64,000 bases of DNA, from positions 22,400,001 through 22,464,000 of the forward strand of contig CP068257.2 in the NCBI GenBank assembly GCA_009914755.4, read 5' to 3'. Under the pieces are notes generated by a model. The model was not told the DNA's origin and made no database searches. It saw only the letters and a program-made list of their open reading frames with translations. Below, piece after piece: positions 15,234 through 26,905 of this stretch. The position numbers were made by a program, and so were the translations under genes. Within the stretch, counting starts at the first letter, position 1. Every line of letters starts with the position of its first letter. Source of the stretch: the human T2T-CHM13v2.0 reference genome, Homo sapiens.

Positions 15234-18200
15234 CAGGAAGCTATTCCTCCTGTTGTCAAAAACCAACTGCTTCACCCATGTTTTGGATCTATCTTAATCT
15301 TCTCTGAAATCTTAAACTACTTTCTTTCTAACCTTTCAACTTCTCATAATTAGCTGGCTCCTTCTCCTTGGTTTTCTGGACATACACATATATTTCTCAT
15401 CTTTTAAAGTAAGTTCCCTTTAATCACTCATTTCCTACCTGCCATCCTATCTCTCTCCTCCGCTTCATGGCGGAACTTCTTGAAATTTGTCCTCTTCCTC
15501 TGTGTGTATGTCTTAACTTAGCCCTTCTTATTCAACTTACTCCATTTGATTCTGTTCCCACCACTCAAGCACAATTATTCCTTCTTAGATCACCAAATAC
15601 TTCTATTTTAATAAATTCTATGAACATTTCAGTAATATATATAGTATTATTGCTTTTTTCTTCTTTCTTAGAACTGTTTTTCTCATTCTGGGCTTCTCTG
15701 ATACCCTACTGACACAGCACTTTTAAAACATTTTTTTTCTCTGCAGAATCATTCCCCTTTATCCGGATCATTAAATATTAGATTTTCTTTGGCCATTTTA
15801 CAGACATTTCTTACTCCTTCTCTAAGCTCTCTCCCAAGCCCATCCATGCATATAGCTAAATTACCTACAAATGATTATGAAGTTCAAATTTGCTTCATAT
15901 TTAATCAATTCTAAGACAAACTTTCCCTCATAGTTTAACATATGATCTGAAAAAATAATGTATCTAACTTAGAATAGATAAAATTTCAGAGTTTAATTGA
16001 AATATTTCTTCTTTCTCAGTGATACATTAAAAATATGGATATTAAAATCCATGATTTTTTTAGATTCACTAAAATCCAGTTATATCCAACTTTGATCCAT
16101 TGGAAATTCGAGCTTATGTAACTACTCATAGTTTCCACTTAAATGTTTTAAATAGTCTTCTTCAATGAAAACTCTGTTGTTGACACTTATTATGTTCTAT
16201 GTGAATAGTGACCTCTGGGGTTACATTGCCTAGTGATTCTGTAAATATACCCAAAGTCAATTGTACAAAATCGAACACACGATCTCCACCTTCCCATCCA
16301 CTTCCCAACCACCTCCCAAACTGTGGTGCTCATCCAATGTTCACTATTTTCGTGAATTTTAACTTCACACATTCATTAACACAAACCAGAAACCTAAGTG
16401 GCAAACTTCATATTTCCTTCTCCTGAAATGAGGCATCATGTTCTTTTGATTTTATCACCTAAATATTTCCCTAATTTCTCCAGTTTTCCCCATTTCTACC
16501 AATACTCTCTCCAGCTCAAGTGAACATCATCTCACCTAAAACTACATAATAGCTTTCTAACTTATATGACCATATCCTTTCTGGCTCCCTTTCTCGTCTT
16601 TTCTCCATTCTGTGGTCAGAGTGATGAAGCAATGCTGCCCATGTTTACAACCCATTGATATCTTCCTATGGCTAGTATCCTCCTGGGATGCTTTGTATTT
16701 TTGTGCTTTTAATTGATACCTTATGTTGTGCCGTCTTTCCTTTTTTGAGTAATGTCTTATCTTTAATTCTATAATCATTATGGTGAATGTCTGTATTAAG
16801 AATTTATGTCTTTGTTGGTAAATAGCAAGAGTGGCTCTGCTATTTCTACACTCCCAGGTTTCTTTCAGTTAGTCTGATATTTTCATTAAATTAAGTCATG
16901 TATTAAATCCCAAGCAGTCATATATTAGAAAGGAAAATGTCTCAAATGTGTCAATCTGATTCTTTTTATTAGATTAATGTTACAGCTGTTTTGACAGAAT
17001 GTAAGAAAATACCATTATTTACAGAGGTATGACATTTAAAATAAGTTTGTTGTATTTATGCACTGATTATTTGTTTTTCAGTGGCCAAACCTTCATAGAC
17101 GATAAGTTGAACTTTCAAAATATTTAATATATTGTTATCATACATTCTTAAGTACATTTAATAATTGACAAAATAGTAAAAAGGTTGCCTGTTTACCTGG
17201 CTCCCTATGCAAGAAAGCAAAGAAACAAGCTTGTAACCACATAATGAGTGCTATATGCTATTGCGTGTTTCAGTCTCACCTTATGGCAAATGAATAATTC
17301 CATAAAACTGTTTGACATTATTCTCCCCAAAATCTCTATAAAAGTAGTACCGCTTAATGGTATGCAAATCAGAACAATCTAAGGAATTTAAGATATGCAG
17401 GGGGTTTTCATAATAATAAACTGTATCACTTCTTAAGCCTTTCCTTTTGCCTATGACTATATGCCTTTTTCTTTATGATTATGCTATTTTACTTGAGATG
17501 AAATAATCTATATCATGAAATTCCCTAGGTCTCTTGTAAGTAGGATAATGGGAAATGCTTCCATACTTTTAAAATGTACGATGTTTATCAAGAATATTGA
17601 TTCAAATTTATTTAATTTTTCAATGTTTACATTTAAAACATCAAAATCACTCATTTTCTACTTATTGCAGTAAGTTATAAATATTATATATTTCAGTACA
17701 TGTTATTATAATTTATATTTTGAGTTTGTAAAAACAAAATATCTGATTAATTTTAAATAGTCATCAAGATCCTGTAGAAACTCTGTGTCTGTAGGTTTGT
17801 TGCTTATTATGTGTAGCTATAGTATGCCATTGACTAACCTACTTATCCCATTTCACAAGTCTTTTTGAATAAAATATATCTGAAAATAAACCAGTGTTTC
17901 TATTTCACTTTAGCATCATCATATAACCACCTCTATTCTATAATCTATAAAACAGAAACAGATTAATAATCAGGACCTGTTCTATATATCTATTCATAAG
18001 CCCTAAATCTTCATACAAGAGAACTTCTAATTACTTTTGTGTCAGAAAGTCGAAGTTGAAGCACAGGAAAAAATGTAGGAAGCTTTCTACTATGTTAATG
18101 GAAGATTGAGGAGAAGGAGTTGAAAGCCTCACTTTGGCTTCAGAACAGGCTATTTTTCTCTGATATAGCAGCCTTGATTTTGATGCAATGAACTTGATGC

Positions 18201-18420
18201 TGTAATTCAGTCCATATGTGATGCTGGGTCTCTTTCCCTTATTAATTAGAATCTGTAGAAAACAAGTATTGATACTATACAGTCCGACACTACATATCAT
18301 ATTTTATAATATGATTATATAATCTGTGCAAGTATGATTAGTAGAAATATGTTAAAAATTTTTTCTATTAGATGTATAAATATATTATTTTTATAAACCT
18401 CAATAATGTCCTTCACTTAC

Positions 18421-18769
18421 TGTGCTAGTCTGTTTTCACACTGCTATAAAGAACTACCTGAGACTGGGTAATTTAAAAAGAAGAGAGGTTTAGTTGACTC
18501 ACAGCTCCCCACGGCTGGGGAGGTCTCAGAAAACTTACAATCATGGCAGAAAGCGAAGGTGAAGCAAGGCACATCTTACATGGCTTCAGGAGAGAGAAAG
18601 AGAGAAAGAGGAGGCGGCCACACACTTTTAAACTATCAGATCTCATGAGAACTCACTCACTATCACGAGAACAGCAAGGGGGAAATCTGCTCCCATGATC
18701 CAGTCACCTCCCACCTCTCTTCCAATTTGACATGAGATTTGGAAGGGCACACAAATCCAGACCATATCA
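18421..18769 (-). mobile_element. THE1/MST-family (ERVL-MaLR) solo LTR, antisense
   Basis: Ends ...gacatgagatttggaagggcacacaaatccagaccatatca, the reverse complement of TGATATGGTctgg...cccaaatctcatgtc. Starts tgtgctagtctgttttcacactgctataaagaactacctgagactgggtaatttaaaaag, the reverse complement of the canonical 3' end ...ctttataaattacccagtctc...gactaatacA. Length 349 bp. Confidence 0.8.
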
Positions 18770-20285
18770 CTTATATAACAATGTATGTATGTAAAATTTT
18801 TAAATATCAATAAGAACCTTTGAACACTATTTTATAGCATATATGTAATATATAACATGTTTATATATGTACATATACATGTATATGTATAAAATCTTGA
18901 AAGAAAAATTCTTTCACCCAGGATTACAAATTAGGGAAGTATGGGTTTGTATATAATCCTAGAATTATATAATTTTATTTATTAGATTTATAATAATGAT
19001 TTTCTTTGGAAAGTTGAAAAATAATTAAATTATAAAATTTAAAAATAATAAATTAAAATCAAAATTTATCTGTAATGTGCTTTATTTATTAAAAATTAGA
19101 AATTAATTCTAAAATATTAGAATAGTTTTTATTTTCATTTTTTATATTTATTTTTAGAAACTATTTTTATTTGAATGTTTATAAACAAAAAGACCAAGTA
19201 TCTTGAATATTATGCTGATAATATGGGGACAGTCTATTGTATGCAGCTCTTGGTTTACATTTCTCTTAAAAATATAAGCACTAATCTGATATAGTCCAAA
19301 GAATGATCAAATGTCTTTTTATTACAGCATTAGAAAATCTCTTTATCTGCTCTTAGAAGTGAATTTTCATTACTGAGCCATATAATATTGCTGCCACAGA
19401 ACTCCTACTAGCTAGAGATAAATTGGAGAGCCCTGAAAAAAATGACATGAGTAAAATGAAACGGATGATGTTGGTGAGATCACTCCTACAAATCAAGACA
19501 GAGTGTGTTCTCTCCTCTTTTTGGCTCACCCCAGTGAGGGCTGTCATCTGACTTGAGTTGGTTCACTAGGATCATGAGTAGAGGTGGTTCCTTTCTCCGA
19601 CATCAGAGACTGAGGCCAAACATGAGAACCACAGCAGGTATTTCATTACCAGATAGTCACTCTCAAGTGGGTTGTTATGCAATTGATCCAATGCTAACCC
19701 TCTTTAAAAGGGCACATTTTCCCTACTTTATTGTTAGAAAAAAGCACATCATGTATTGACATGTTGTACTGATTTTTCTTTTTTTTTTTGTACTGATTCT
19801 TCATAAGGCATTTCATCCATCCCATAGTTAACTATAGATCATGAGCCCATTTGACATAAAGTAGGGTCATGTATTTCCTCCTTCTTCTCCCACATTGTTT
19901 TAACGGTCCTGTCAGCATAGACTAAAAAGCAATGGTACTAAAAAATCCTTCTCAATACTCTAAATCTTGAAAAGCAAACTTCAATGTAACTTCTGCACTG
20001 TATCAATTTTACTGCATTTTTGTCAATGAATTTAACTTCATTTAAAAAAGTGAATTGCAGTTTATAACATGTTGGAATTCTCTATTAACTAGGTTATAAA
20101 GACAATTTTGCAAAATATTTCATGCATTTATGATAACTGCATTATTATTGACAAGGGATCATGAACCCAGGGCCTCCACTGACTGGAAAACCTTTCAGAA
20201 CTCCCTGATAGTCAGCCCTAACCAAGACTCTGGCCCTGGCTATAACAATGTATTCTGCACTATAACTATACCATCTCCATTTTCT

Positions 20286-20611
20286 TTTCTTTTTTTTTTT
20301 TTTTTTTTTTTGAGACAGTCTTGCTCAGTCGCTCAGGCTGGAGTGCAGTGGCGAGATCTCGGCTCACTGCAAGCTCCACCTCCTGGGTTCACGCCATTCT
20401 CCTGCCTCCACGCCATTCTCCTGCCTCAGCCTCCCGAGTAGCTGGGATCACAGGCGCCCGCCACCACGCCCGGCTAATTTTTTTTGTATTTTTAGTAGAG
20501 ACGGAATTTCACCATGTTAGCCAGGATGGTCTCGATATCCTGACCTCGTGATCCACCTGCCTCGGCCTCCCAAAGTGCTGGGGTTACAGGCGTGAGCCAC
20601 TGCTCCCGACC
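20286..20611 (-). mobile_element. Alu SINE, antisense, young-looking (many CpGs retained), with a 21-bp internal tandem duplication and a perfect 16-bp TSD
   Basis: A poly(T) run of about 26, then gagacagtcttgctcagtcgctcaggctggagtgcagtggcgagatctcggctcactgcaagctccacctcctgggttcacgccattctcctgcctc. The segment cacgccattctcctgcctc then occurs twice in tandem (20391-20409 and 20410-20428). The end is ...ggcgtgagccactgctcccgacc. The TSD accatctccattttct sits at 20270-20285 and 20612-20627. The ORFs at 20130-20551 are Alu-derived. Confidence 0.95.
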
Positions 20612-21211
20612 ACCATCTCCATTTTCTATTACATATCTTATGGATTTAGAAGAGGTGTCCCACATATATTACTTTTTATATTAAAAAGTTCTCCCTTGAT
20701 TTCCAATCTCTGGGTGTCTTTTAAAATGATATTGGCAAATGTTTCTGTGTAGTCATCATTTTAAAAATAGAATACACTATGTATAGTGAAATATATCAGT
20801 CTCTTTTATTTATACTGAAAAATATGGCTTGTCTTCATGAGTGAGAAGGACCGCTATAATTACAAGCTTACCTGCACACCTGTTCACCTTGTATAGTAAA
20901 AGTAAATATTTCAATTTCATGGGTCAATTAGGCTCCACACATATGTTGACCCACAGGATATGACCTGAAATGAGGTAAAAAATTAACACACCTAGAACCG
21001 GACCACATAATCATTTTAAGATCCTGAGTGACAGGTAGGTTAAGTTTGCTCTCCATGAGGATTAAAGGCTTCCAGCTCAAATTTTCACCTGTCTCAAAGT
21101 GGAAAAGGCCGTACTGTGTTTCATAAGCCTCTTCTTCAATTGAAAACACAGTAAACATGGAGCATCCCTGAAAAACATAGTTTCAAATCAGGCTCTAAAT
21201 TCTCAATTTGG

Positions 21212-21526
21212 GTCATTTGCTTGTTTGTTTGTTTGTTTCCTTGTGAATTGTTTAAGTTCCACGTAGATTCTGGATATTAGACCTTTGTCAGATGGATAGA
21301 TTGCAAATACGTTCTCCCATTCTGTGGGTTGTCGGTTTACTTTAATGATAGTTTCTTTAGCCGTGCAGAAGCTGTTAAGTTTGATCCGATCCCATTTGCC
21401 AATTTTTGCTTTTGTTGCGATTGCTTTTGGTGTTTTCATCATGAATCTTTGCCTGTGCCTATGTCCTGAATGGTATTGCTTAGATTTTCTTTGAGGGTTC
21501 TAAAAGTTTTGGGTTTTACATTTCCG
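21212..21526 (-). mobile_element. LINE-1 ORF2 segment: the inverted 5' part of a twin-priming L1 insertion
   Basis: Antisense L1 ORF2: ...ttccacgtagattctggatattagacctttgtcagatggatagattgcaaatacgttctcccattctgtgggttgtcggtttactttaatgatagtttctttagccgtgcagaagctgttaagtttgatccgatcccatttgccaatttttgcttttgttgcgattgcttttggtgttttcatcatgaatctttgcctgtgcctatgtcctgaatggtattgc. The ORF at 21203-21442 (-) reads ...[48 protein letters not shown], which is L1 ORF2. Confidence 0.85.
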
Positions 21527-21543
21527 TCTTAACAATAATATGA

Positions 21544-22327
21544 AAAAAAAATAAAAGCTCCACATCACTGATCATTAGGGAAATGCAAATCAAAACCACA
21601 ATGAGATACCATCTCATATCAGTGAGAATGGCTATTATTAAACAGTCAAAAAACATCAGATACTGGTGAGTTTGTAGAGAAAAAGAAAACCTTTTACACT
21701 GTGGGTGAGAGTGTAAATTAGTTCAACCATTGTGGATGACAATGTGGCAATTCCTCAAAGACCTAGAGGCAGAAGTACCATTTGACCCAGCAATCCCATT
21801 ACTGTGTATATATCCGAAGGAATATAAATCAGTCTATTATAAAAATACATGCACATGTATGTTCATTGCAGCAGTATTCACAATAGCAAAGACTTGGAAT
21901 CAACCTAAATGCCCATCAATGATAGATTGGATAAGAAAAACGGGGTACATATACACCATGGAAAACTATGCAGCCATAAAAGGGAATGAGATCATGTCCT
22001 TTGCAGGAACACAGATGGAGTTGGAAGACATTATCCTCAGCAAACTAACACAGGAACAGAAAACAAAACACCGCATGTTCTCATTTATAAGTAGGAGCTG
22101 AATTATGAGAACACATGTACACGTGGGGAAGAACAACACACACTGGGGCCTGTCAGGGGGGTTGGGGGCAGGGAGAGCATCAAGAAGAATAGGTAATTGA
22201 TGCTGGGCTTAATACCTAGGTGATGGGATGATGTGTACAGCAAACCGCCATGACATACATTTACCTATGTAACAAACATGCACATCCTGCACATGTACCC
22301 CTGAACTTAAAAGTTGAAGGAAAAAAA
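21544..22327 (+). mobile_element. LINE-1 3' segment (ORF2 C-terminus, 3'UTR, short A tail): the direct part of the same insertion
   Basis: ...ctccacatcactgatcattagggaaatgcaaatcaaaaccacaatgagataccatctcatatcagtgagaatggc ... ccatggaaaactatgcagccataaaagggaatgagatcatgtcctttgcaggaacacagatggag ... aaacaccgcatgttctcatttataagtagg ... ggtgatgggatgatgtgtacagcaaaccgccatgacatacatttacctatgtaacaaacatgcacatcctgcacatgtacccctgaacttaaaagttgaaggaaaaaaa. The ORF at 21730-22101 (+) is L1 ORF2 C-terminus (...PAIPLLCIYPKEYKS...SKLTQEQKTKHRMFS). Confidence 0.9.
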
Positions 22328-22829
22328 TTCTCAGTTGGCATTATTGCATCAGATAGCCTTTCCAAAATAGTGTGAAGCTCAGAGAAACACTAGGTAGAAA
22401 CTGCTCATAAAACCAGTGGTAGGAGCATAGGGGAGGATAAGGCCAAAGGGTTTCTATCTGTGACAAGAACCCTAGACAGAAGCAAGATAGCATTTATTGA
22501 TATGCCAGAAACTTTATAAATATTCTCTCCATTAGTAATTAGAAGCAGATATTTTGATTAGGTATTTTTACCCATATTTCTCAGAGTCATTTCTCCAGAT
22601 ACATATTTTTGTAAGCATTTACTACATAACTCCGTCTGAGCTCGCAACTTGTGATGCAAGGAAGAAAACGGTAACCTGCCACAATATGTTTATAGAGAAA
22701 GAGGAGAGGCATCTAAGAAGACACAATAATTGGTATAAATCTCAGAAAAGAAGTCTCCTAAACTAGTATGTTCCTCAGAAAATGTGTGTTTGAAACTGCA
22801 ACCCTATCAATTAAGTACATTGGGATTAA

Positions 22830-23141
<312 letters not shown>

Positions 23142-24778
23142 AAAATTTTTTATAACAATTCAACATTGCAATGATATCTAAAGGTCCAGTCATTTTTTCT
23201 GATGATTCATATAATTTTTATGGATCACATTTTTTCTATCTTACAGAAGTTTTTGGTCCATAATGGATCAGGGTTTAAACAAAGAAAACAACGGGTCTTT
23301 CATCACACTATGTTGAGAAGTAACAACCTAATCTAACTGTGGGTAGAATATAGCTATCCAGGAGGAGAGAACAGCTTGGATGGCTCTTGAATCATAAGAA
23401 CTTACATCCCCTTCAATGAAACAGGTGAACAAAGGGTGAACAAAGGGAGATAAGAACAGCTCAAGCATAGAAATCACCATGTAAAAATGAAATGAGAACC
23501 CAAAGTTTAATCCTTTTCCAAATTATGACAATTTGTAAACATTTGAGTCGAGATTCAAAATCAACTTTAACCATAAATTTTCTACTTGTTTCACTCACAT
23601 CGAAGTCCCATAATAAAATTGGTGACTGATGGATAAAGATGTTTCCTTTCCTTCATAAGTAACCTAGAGTCAGCCCTGACCACTTTGATTTTCCAAGACA
23701 TATTTCACTACTCCTGCTGTTTCTGTTGGAAGCAAAATACAGATAGAAACAAAAGCATATGAGCAAATACAACCCCTTACCTCTGGTGGGTGGAGTGAAG
23801 GGCGCTTTCTTAATTGCTGAACTTCCCCTAGAGCAACTTGGCAGTAAAAGTAGCTTTTGACACCCTGACGATCTCTGCGTGTTTACATCTAGTCTCAATT
23901 ATCGCATTGCTCACAATACTTACCACTATTTGAAATATATAAAAAGGAGAGCAACATTTCAATAAACGTATTTTACAAATACACTACTAAAGACCATTTT
24001 TTGTTCTGAAAGGTTAATTTTACAATTGTTTTATATCTCATGAGACATTTTTAGAGAAAGTTTTGTTAGCCTTTGTTTAGTCAATGCAAATCATTTCTTT
24101 GGACTCACTCCACCTTTTTTCAAAGAGGCTCCCAAGCACTTTTTCTATGGAGTGTCAGAAATCTGTAATAAGCAAAGTTCAACTCAATTGCTGATTTCAC
24201 TTGTTCACACTGTCTATTAGCAGAGTCATTAGAGTAACGACATCCAGTGGCGCATAATTAGCCCTGACTCCTGCAAGTCTTGAAGTCATCATTAACTAAG
24301 TAAAGAGCTATTTTGTATTTGCAATTTTAGTCCCTGAACCAAGATAAAAAGATGATTTTATTCATTTTGGGAAGACAGATTTCTTGTAGAGAGTGAGAAG
24401 TATTAAATTAACTAGGGAACTGACATCAGGAGCCTAGCGCAGGAGTGGGTACTGAGGGCAGGAAGCTGAGATTACAACCCTTCCTGAGGTTCTAATAAGA
24501 GGTGTCCCAGTAATCCCAGTGTGTATTTATTGGAGACTTACTCAGAACTCCAAGTAGGGATGTGAATGAACTAGAAGTCATCATGGACTATCAACAAAAT
24601 AGATGGACTTTGATGCAATATGACCTCATGTGATGTGGTGTAGGTAGAAGGGCCTCCTAGCAGAGTGCTGGATGTGGACTTTGGGGTCAGAAATTGTGAG
24701 CTGCATTAAACTCTGAAAGAGTCAGATAATATGGGTGGGCCTTGTGTAGAGGGTTCCCAAATTTGAGCATATCAGAAT

Positions 24779-24832
24779 GAATTGGTTTGCTGGTTAAAAA
24801 TGCAGCTTCCCTGGACCAACCCTAGAGATTCC
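24779..24832. repeat. Left copy of the roughly 53-bp duplication flanking the L1 at 24833-25860 (long TSD)
   Basis: gaattggtttgctggttaaaaatgcagcttccctggaccaaccctagagattcc, compared with the right copy gaactggtctgctgattaaaaatgcagcttccctggcccaattttagagatcc. About 7 differences over 54 positions. Confidence 0.75.
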
Positions 24833-25860
24833 TTTTTTTGTTTGTTTGTTTCATCTAAAAAACCAAAAGGGATACATGTGCAGAATGTGCAGGTTTGTTA
24901 CACAGGTACACGTGTGCTATGGTGATTTGCTGCACCTGTTGACCCATTCTCTAAGTTCTCTCCCCTCATCCTCCAGCCGCTAACAGGCTCTAGTGTGTGT
25001 TGTTCCCCTCTCTGTGTCCATGTGTTCTCAATGCTAACTCCCACTTGTGAGTGAGAACATGCGTTGTTTGGTTTTGTTCCTGTGTTAGTTTGCTGATGAT
25101 GATGGCTTCCAGCTTCATCCATGTCTCTCCAAATGACATGATCACATTCCTTTTTATAGCTGCAAAGTATTCCATGGTGTATATGTTCCACATTTTGTTT
25201 ATCCAGTCTATCACTGATGGGCATTTGGGTTGGTTCTATATCTTTGCTATTGTAAATAGTGCTGCAGTAAACACACATGTGCATGTGTCTTTATAGTAGA
25301 ATGATTTATATTCCTTGGGGTATACACACAGTAATGAAGTTGCTGGGTCAAATGGTATTTCTGGTTCTAGATCTTTGAGAAATAGCCACACTGTCTTCCA
25401 CAGTGGTTGAACTAATTTACATTTCCAACAGTGTAAAAGCGTACCTATTTCTCTACAGCCTCGCCAGCATCTATTGTTAGTTTCCTGACTTTTTAATAAT
25501 CACCATTCTGACTGGCATGAGATAGTATCTCATTGCGGTTTTCATTTGCATTTCTCTGGTGATCGATGAGGTTGAGCTTTTATTCATATTTTTTTTGCCA
25601 CATAAATGTCTTCTTTTAAGAAGTCTCTGTTCATATCCTTTGCCCACTTTTGATGAGGTTATTTTTTTTCTTGTAAATAAATATGTTTAAGTTCCTTGTA
25701 AATTCTGGACATTAGGCCTTTGTTGGATGGCTAGATTGCAAAAATGTTCTCCCATTCTGTAGGTTGTCTGTTCACTCTGATGATAGTTTCTTTTGGTGTG
25801 CAGAAGCTCTTTAGTTAGATCCTATTTGTCAATTTTGTGTTTTGTTGCAATTGCTTTTGA
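24833..25860 (-). mobile_element. LINE-1 3' kilobase (ORF2 C-terminus and 3'UTR), antisense, 5'-truncated
   Basis: A tail of tttttttgtttgtttgtttc, then atctaaaaaaccaaaagggatacatgtgcagaatgtgcaggtttgttacacaggtacacgtgtgctatggtg, which is the reverse complement of the canonical L1 3' terminus. This continues through ...tgagtgagaacatgcgttgtttggttttgttcctgtgttagtttgctgatgatgatggcttccagcttcatccatgtc ... ccagtctatcactgatgggcatttgggttggttctatatctttgctattgtaaatagtgctgcagtaaacac ... gattgcaaaaatgttctcccattctgtaggttgtctgttcactctgatgatagtttc. The ORFs at 24898-25284 (-) and 24990-25214 (-) are ORF2 remnants. Confidence 0.9.
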
Positions 25861-25861
25861 T

Positions 25862-25914
25862 GAACTGGTCTGCTGATTAAAAATGCAGCTTCCCTGGCCC
25901 AATTTTAGAGATCC
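25862..25914. repeat. Right copy of the roughly 53-bp duplication (long TSD) flanking the L1
   Basis: See feature 24779-24832. The ancestral sequence continues downstream as gaatcagtaattctgaagtga. Confidence 0.75.
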
Positions 25915-26509
25915 TGAATCAGTAATTCTGAAGTGAGTGCAGGCACCATGACATGAACGAGACTCCAAGGTAATTCTAGTGTAGACGTCTAATAAGTAGC
26001 CATAGGGAGGGAGGGAGGGAAATATGAGCTAAAAGAAGTCATAGAAGCAATTTACAACCTGACAGGAAGATCTAGAACAACTATATAATCTACTGAAATA
26101 TTTCTTGAGGGCACAAAAGGGAAGACAAAATTTACCATGACCACCTTCCCTCATTCAGGCTGAAAAAATTCAGAAGACAGAAGAAATTGCTAAAAATTAT
26201 TTTAAAATTTTCAATTCAATTTACTGTAACAATCAAATTCAGTGCATGGCAAGCAGTCAGAAAAAGGGGATTTTATTTTAAAATGGAAAAAAGTGGGTTC
26301 AAGTCCCCGTTCTGTCCCTTGGTGACAGCATCACTATTTATATGCGACTTAACTGTTGCACACATCAGATTCCTTAGACATAAAATACAAATAATGTACT
26401 TGTAGAAAATAATTAATGTGGGAATTAAATTGACAGCCTATGCACAAACCTCTAAAGCTACCCATTTCACAGGGAAGAATCTTCCATTTTTTAAAAAGAT
26501 CGATGAGTG

Positions 26510-26905
26510 AATATTATAGAAAAAACTGGGTAGATGTTTAAGCATTAATTCTGGGTGTGTCTGTGAGGTTATTTCTGAAAGAGATTAGCATTTAAATTGA
26601 TAGATTGAGTGAAGAAGATCTCCTTCACCAATGCTGGTGGGCCTCATCCAATCCTTAGAAGGAAAATTTGTTTCTGTTTGAGCTGGGACATTTACCCTCT
26701 ATCCTTGGACACAAGCCTTCCTGGTTTTCAGGCCTTTAAGCCGAGACTGAAGTATGGTACTGGCTTTCTTGGTTCTCTAGATTACAGAGAGCCAACTGTG
26801 GGACTTCTCAGCCTTCATAAGCATGTGAGCCAATATTTTAATAAATCTCCTCTTAGATATAAATCTGTATCTAACCTATTGGTCCTATGACTTGTACATC
26901 CTTCA
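26510..26905 (+). mobile_element. MST-family (ERVL-MaLR) LTR fragment
   Basis: ...ttctgggtgtgtctgtgaggttatttctgaaagagattagcatttaaattgatagattgagtgaagaagatctccttcaccaatgctggtgggcctcatccaatcc ... gagctgggacatttaccctctatccttggacac ... gtgggacttctcagccttcataagcatgtgagccaatattttaataaatctcctcttagatat. This matches the MST LTR consensus as I recall it, and the same family is present at 60686-61190. The overlapping ORF at 26609-26890 is spurious. Confidence 0.6.
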
